From Candidatus Multivoradales bacterium (lineage in GTDB: Bacteria > Acidobacteriota > Thermoanaerobaculia > Multivoradales > JAHEKO01): a stretch of 64,000 nucleotides of DNA. This document shows, one piece after another, positions 59,984-64,000 of the stretch (its first letter is position 1; each line of letters opens with the position of its first letter). Location: contig OZ243123.1 in NCBI GenBank assembly GCA_965212505.1, positions 38,141-102,140 on the forward strand, given 5' to 3'. Below the pieces are notes generated by a model. The model had not been told where the DNA came from, did not search any database, and worked only from the letters and a program-made list of their open reading frames with translations. The position numbers and the translations under genes are program-made.

Positions 59984-60706
59984 ATGCGTGGACTCGTGCT
60001 CGCGATTCTTATTTTCGGCCTGACGTGTAGCGCAGCAATGGCTGATGAGTGGGGAACCTTCGTCGGTAAGGTGAAGGTGGAGTGGCTCGAGGACGGCCGC
60101 CGCATGCAGCTTCTGGAACCCTTCGCCTACATCGATCCAGATGGTCTGGAGTGGAACGCGCCGGTCGGTACTGTCGTTGACGGTGCTTCGATTCCCAAGC
60201 CTGCATGGTCGATTATCGGAGGCCCCTTTGAAGGCCGGTACAGGAACGCCTCGGTGATCCACGACGTTGGCTGCGACGAGCGCAGGCAACCTTGGGATCG
60301 CGTGCACCTGGCCTTCTACAACGCCATGAGGGCCGCCGGTGTTTCGAAGCTGAAGGCCATCATCATGTACGGCGCGGTCTATCACTTCGGCCCTCGGTGG
60401 CCTCATGTCGTGACCGTGAAGGCGATCACTGGTGGAACGGCGCGAAGCGATGTCGAGAGTCTCGAGCGAAGTGTCCTCAAGGACTACGCCAGGGGAAGTC
60501 GTATCGAACTCGTCGAGGTCCGACACAGGCCTGGGGACCAGGGCTTCATCGACTCAGCTGAGGTCGAGGCCCGTTTCAGAGTCTTGCCGCCAGCTGAAGA
60601 AGTCGCACCAGAGTCCTGGGAGACGCTGGTGGACTGGGTCGAGTCCAACGAGCGGAGGGGAGGAGATGTCTCCCTCGAAGAGATCCGACGTTGGCGTGAC
60701 CAGTAG
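59984..60706 (+). CDS. Secreted DUF1353-domain protein
   Basis: Signal peptide; PFAYIDPDG..DGASIP..ASVIHD..FYNAMRAAGV..MYGAV. Confidence 0.8.
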   Translation: MRGLVLAILIFGLTCSAAMADEWGTFVGKVKVEWLEDGRRMQLLEPFAYIDPDGLEWNAPVGTVVDGASIPKPAWSIIGGPFEGRYRNASVIHDVGCDERRQPWDRVHLAFYNAMRAAGVSKLKAIIMYGAVYHFGPRWPHVVTVKAITGGTARSDVESLERSVLKDYARGSRIELVEVRHRPGDQGFIDSAEVEARFRVLPPAEEVAPESWETLVDWVESNERRGGDVSLEEIRRWRDQ

Positions 60707-60741
60707 GTCCGAGCCGAGAGTGCATCTCGGCAAGGAGTACT

Positions 60742-60833
60742 TGGCGGAGAGGGAGGGATTCGAACCCTCGGACCAGGTTACCCCAGTCGCCTGCTTAGCA
60801 AGCAGGTCCGTTCGACCACTCCGGCACCTCTCC
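60742..60833 (-). tRNA. tRNA-Ser(GCT)
   Basis: GGAGAGG/CCTCTCC acceptor stem, CCTGC-TTGCTAA-GCAGG anticodon arm, long variable arm, GAGGG-TTCGAAT-CCCTC T-arm, encoded CCA. Confidence 0.97.
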
Positions 60834-60903
60834 AGGGTCGAGCCGCCAATTCTATGGACGATTTCTATCCCTGACAAGAAGCAAGGAGGCCCGCTCTTGG
60901 CGG

Positions 60904-61809
60904 TCAACTCTCGTCAGGCCGGCGCACGGTCAGCACCGGGCACCCCGCCGTTTGCACGACCCGACGTGCGGTGCTCCCCAAAAAAATGTTGGAGATCGCC
61001 GAGCCGCCCTGGGTGCCCATCGCAATGAGGTCGGCGCCCAACGCCTGAGCCGATTGGACAATCACGTCCGGTGGGTACCCCTGCTGGGCGATGACATTCA
61101 CTTCCAATCCGTCCTGCGCGAGCCGCGCCTTCGCCTCGCCGAGCTTCTCGAGCGCTTCTCCCTCGCTGTCCTTCATGTAGTAATCGAGAGAGGTCGGGAT
61201 GGTGCCGTAGGCGGTGTACTCGAACGGCAGGTGGTAGGCGTGGAGAAGTGTGAGACTCGCCGGCTCGCCGGCGGGTAGCACGCGCAGGGCGGCTTCGATC
61301 GCGAGTTCGGTGTCGTTGGAGAAGTCGGTCGGCACGAGAACCTGTCGGAGTGGACGATGCTCCCGGTCGTCGGGATGGATGGTGAGGACCGGGCAGTGGG
61401 CACGTTGTACGACACGCTCGGCTGTGCTCCCCAGGAGCAGGTGCCGAATGCCGGTCGTGCCCAGGGTGCCCATGACGACCAGATCGACCCCCGCGTCGCG
61501 AGCGGCGGCCAGAATCGCTTGAGACGGTAGGCCGAGTCGGAGCTCCGGCGTGACCTCGACGCCGCGATCTCTGGCGCGCCCGGCGCTCTGATCGAGACGC
61601 AGGAGCGCGGCCTGTTGAAGCTCCGCGCTCATGTCGGGAGGGGACGGGAGGTAGTCGCCCATCTGATTGGGCAGCAGCAGGGTGTGTACGAGGTCGATGC
61701 TCGCATCGTGGGCGAGGGCGATGTCGGTTGCCCAGTCGAGCGCCGCTTCAGCGGTCTCGGAGAAGTCGGTGGCGACCAGGAGGCTGTCGAGCCGGGTCTG
61801 TAGCAGCAT
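60904..61809 (-). CDS. Universal stress protein (tandem UspA domains)
   Basis: Two VATDFS/VPTDFS..MGT..LGSTAERVV..CPVLT repeats. Confidence 0.93.
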   Translation of the reverse strand: MLLQTRLDSLLVATDFSETAEAALDWATDIALAHDASIDLVHTLLLPNQMGDYLPSPPDMSAELQQAALLRLDQSAGRARDRGVEVTPELRLGLPSQAILAAARDAGVDLVVMGTLGTTGIRHLLLGSTAERVVQRAHCPVLTIHPDDREHRPLRQVLVPTDFSNDTELAIEAALRVLPAGEPASLTLLHAYHLPFEYTAYGTIPTSLDYYMKDSEGEALEKLGEAKARLAQDGLEVNVIAQQGYPPDVIVQSAQALGADLIAMGTQGGSAISNIFLGSTARRVVQTAGCPVLTVRRPDES

Positions 61810-61892
61810 TCATCTAGCCTAGCGCGGGAGGGCGGCCAGTGCCCCGTTTCTTGGGGCGGGCGCGCCGACGGCTGAGATAGGGTTCCAGGGAC

Positions 61893-63002
61893 ATGCGAGT
61901 CCCTGAATTTCACCTCGAGCGTTTCCAATCGCTGCACGAGCACAACGTGGCCATCAACTTGGCCGAGTCGGGAGTTGATCCGCTGACGGCGGCGGACCTC
62001 CTGGAGGAGGGAGAGGTCGAAGCGCTCCTCGCGATTCCTCTCGGCTACGCCCAGACCGACGGCCCGATGGTGCTACGCGAGCGGATCGGCGCACACCTCG
62101 GCGCCGAGGCGCGCAACGTGCTGGTCACCAGCGCGACGATCGAGGCCAATTTCATCTGCTCGTGGCGGCTCATCGAGCCCGGCGACGAGATCGTCTACAT
62201 GGTGCCGAACTATCTCCAGATCGGCGGTCTGGTGGAGGGCTTCGGCGCAACGGTGGCCCCCTTTCATCTCGATCCGAACGCCGGCTGGCAGCCGGACCTC
62301 GACGAGCTCGCGAGCCGCGTTGGATCGCAAACGAAGATGATCGCCCTGGTCAACCCCAACAACCCCACCGGCATGGTGCTCTCGACGGAGGCGATGGAGC
62401 GCATCGTCGAGCTCGCGGCTTCGGTCGGCGCCTGGGTGGTGGTCGACGAGATCTACCGCGGCACCGAGCACAGCGGCGGCCTGTCGCCGACGTTCTGGGG
62501 GCGTTACGACAAGGTTCTGGTCACCGGAAGCTTGTCGAAGGCCTACGGTCTGCCGGGGCTACGTGTCGGTTGGGTGATCGGTCCCGAGGACCTTCTGGCC
62601 GATCTCTGGGCGCGGAAGGACTACACCTCGATTACCGCTGCCAGTTTGAGCTACGAACTCGCGGCGAAGGCGCTCGAGCCTGACGTGACCCGGCGCATTC
62701 TGAACCGGAATCGCGAACTGGTACTTCGCAACCTCTCTGTGCTGAGAGCGTGGACCGAAGCTCATGATGGCCTCTCGCTCGCGGAGCCCGCGGCCGGTGC
62801 GATGACCCTCGTGGGGTACAGCCACGAGATCGAGTCGGCCGAGTTCGCTGACCGCCTGCTCCACGAGAAGAGCGTCCTCGTCGTACCGGGTGCCCACTTC
62901 GGGCTGGAGGGCTACCTGAGGATCGGCTATGGCGTGCCGACCGAGGAGCTCGAGCGAGGGCTCACCAGCATCGCCGAGGTTCTCGAGTCGGTGCCCGCCT
63001 AG
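61893..63002 (+). CDS. PLP-dependent aminotransferase class I/II
   Basis: NPNNPTG, VDEIY, SLSKAYGLPGLRVG. Confidence 0.93.
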   Translation: MRVPEFHLERFQSLHEHNVAINLAESGVDPLTAADLLEEGEVEALLAIPLGYAQTDGPMVLRERIGAHLGAEARNVLVTSATIEANFICSWRLIEPGDEIVYMVPNYLQIGGLVEGFGATVAPFHLDPNAGWQPDLDELASRVGSQTKMIALVNPNNPTGMVLSTEAMERIVELAASVGAWVVVDEIYRGTEHSGGLSPTFWGRYDKVLVTGSLSKAYGLPGLRVGWVIGPEDLLADLWARKDYTSITAASLSYELAAKALEPDVTRRILNRNRELVLRNLSVLRAWTEAHDGLSLAEPAAGAMTLVGYSHEIESAEFADRLLHEKSVLVVPGAHFGLEGYLRIGYGVPTEELERGLTSIAEVLESVPA

Positions 63003-63011
63003 GGTTCTCGG

Positions 63012-63479
63012 CTACTCGCAGATCGGACAGTAGCGTCCGTCCGTCCCCTGAGGACGATCGCGCTCGGCGTTCACCATGCAGAGGAAGCCGAACGGCTCCT
63101 CGCGAGCGTCGTTGCGGAACTGATGCGGGTCGGCGGGGGCGATGTAGACCACGTCGCCGAAGCCGGCCTCCCGCGTCTCGCAGCCGATCACTACCTCGCC
63201 GCGGCCGCGAATGACCACGATGACGTGTTCGTGCTGGTGCTGCTCCAGGGTCGTGTAGCCGCCGCGCTCGATCTCGAAGTAGCGCAAGTGAAAGAGTGGC
63301 GACTCCCCGGTCTCACCTACGAAGACGCGCCGGGTGACGCCCTTCCACGAGTCGTCCTCCGGTTTGTAGTCGGCGATCGGGACGTTCGACCAGTCGAAAC
63401 CGTTGCCGCCCAGGAAGCGAAACAGCTTCGAGACGTTCTCGTGCCGGAGGTCCGGTGCGGCGGGTTTCGGGTCAGCCAT
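63012..63479 (-). CDS. Cupin domain protein
   Basis: LRYFEIERGG..QHQHEHV..GDVVYI..HQF. Confidence 0.85.
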   Translation of the reverse strand: MADPKPAAPDLRHENVSKLFRFLGGNGFDWSNVPIADYKPEDDSWKGVTRRVFVGETGESPLFHLRYFEIERGGYTTLEQHQHEHVIVVIRGRGEVVIGCETREAGFGDVVYIAPADPHQFRNDAREEPFGFLCMVNAERDRPQGTDGRYCPICE

Positions 63480-63634
63480 GACCGAAAGCCTAGCGTGCCG
63501 CCGGGACGACCGCTACCTGTTGTCAGTCCATTGGAACATCCAGCAGGGAGTGGGTAACGTAGGCTTAGTAAAGACGAACCGAGTCCTCATGCGGAGATCA
63601 ACCCGTAGCGAGTGACTTCCATGGGAGGTGGATT

Positions 63635-64000
63635 GTGAAGAGGAATATCACTCTGTTGACCCTGCTGGCGCTCGTCGCCCTCAGCTCCGTTGCCGTTGCC
63701 GGGCACCACGATGAGAACGGCGGCACCTGGACCGGTGAGGTCGTCGACCTGGCCTGCTACATCGCCGGTGACTCACACGGCGCCGATCACGCGGGCTGCG
63801 CCAAGTCGTGCGTCAAGAACGGACAGCCGATGGGTCTGCTGACGGATGACGGCACGCTCGTGCTGCTGGCGGCCGATCACAAAGACGGCGCCCCGTACGC
63901 GGCGCTCAAGGACATGGCGGGCGGCAAGGCGACCGTCATGGGTATGCTGGCCGAGAAGGACGGCATGAAGGTCGTCACGGTCACCGGCTCGAAGGCCGCC
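63635..64000 (+). CDS. Secreted protein with C-Y-x9-H-x2-C-A-x2-C motif, truncated by the window end (not in ORF track)
   Basis: GGAGG SD then GTG; MKRNITLLTLLALVALSSVAVAGHHDENGGTWTGEVVDLACYIAGDSHGADHAGCAKSCVKNGQPMGLL... Confidence 0.8.
   Translation, partial: MKRNITLLTLLALVALSSVAVAGHHDENGGTWTGEVVDLACYIAGDSHGADHAGCAKSCVKNGQPMGLLTDDGTLVLLAADHKDGAPYAALKDMAGGKATVMGMLAEKDGMKVVTVTGSKAA

Overview
GC-rich bacterial chromosomal window, most consistent with Acidobacteriota (VWFA-related acidobacterial domain protein, acidobacterial-type PadR, CarboxypepD_reg-plug-barrel TonB-dependent receptors, wHTH-TM-propeller/TPR sensors); the taxonomy is inferred from gene content only. The left third holds secreted peptidases, one-component sensors and small stress/detox regulons, with visible ArsR, TetR and PadR palindromic operators. 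The main candidate system is a tightly coupled 10-gene minus-strand operon (26229->18528; 7 of 9 junctions overlap). It links an MsrQ-like heme membrane protein fused to a Rieske domain, a Cys3His periplasmic protein, an OlsB-like N-acyltransferase, an LPLAT O-acyltransferase, a DinB protein, an alpha/beta-hydrolase-DedA-ATP-grasp triple fusion, a YHS protein, DoxX and two small membrane proteins, one a 48-aa ORF missing from the ORF track. Also present are two paralogous TonB-dependent receptors with ~95-nt identical tracts and divergent loops, each next to a different divergent regulator; a 156-bp tandem duplication; a frameshifted relic of a protease C-terminus; and a housekeeping block (AlaX, TonB, glnS, gltX with a ~33-aa insertion, tkt, tRNA-Ser(GCT), Usp, aminotransferase). 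No CRISPR array, transposase, integrase, reverse transcriptase or rRNA was seen. Product calls come from motif recognition by eye; no database searches were run.
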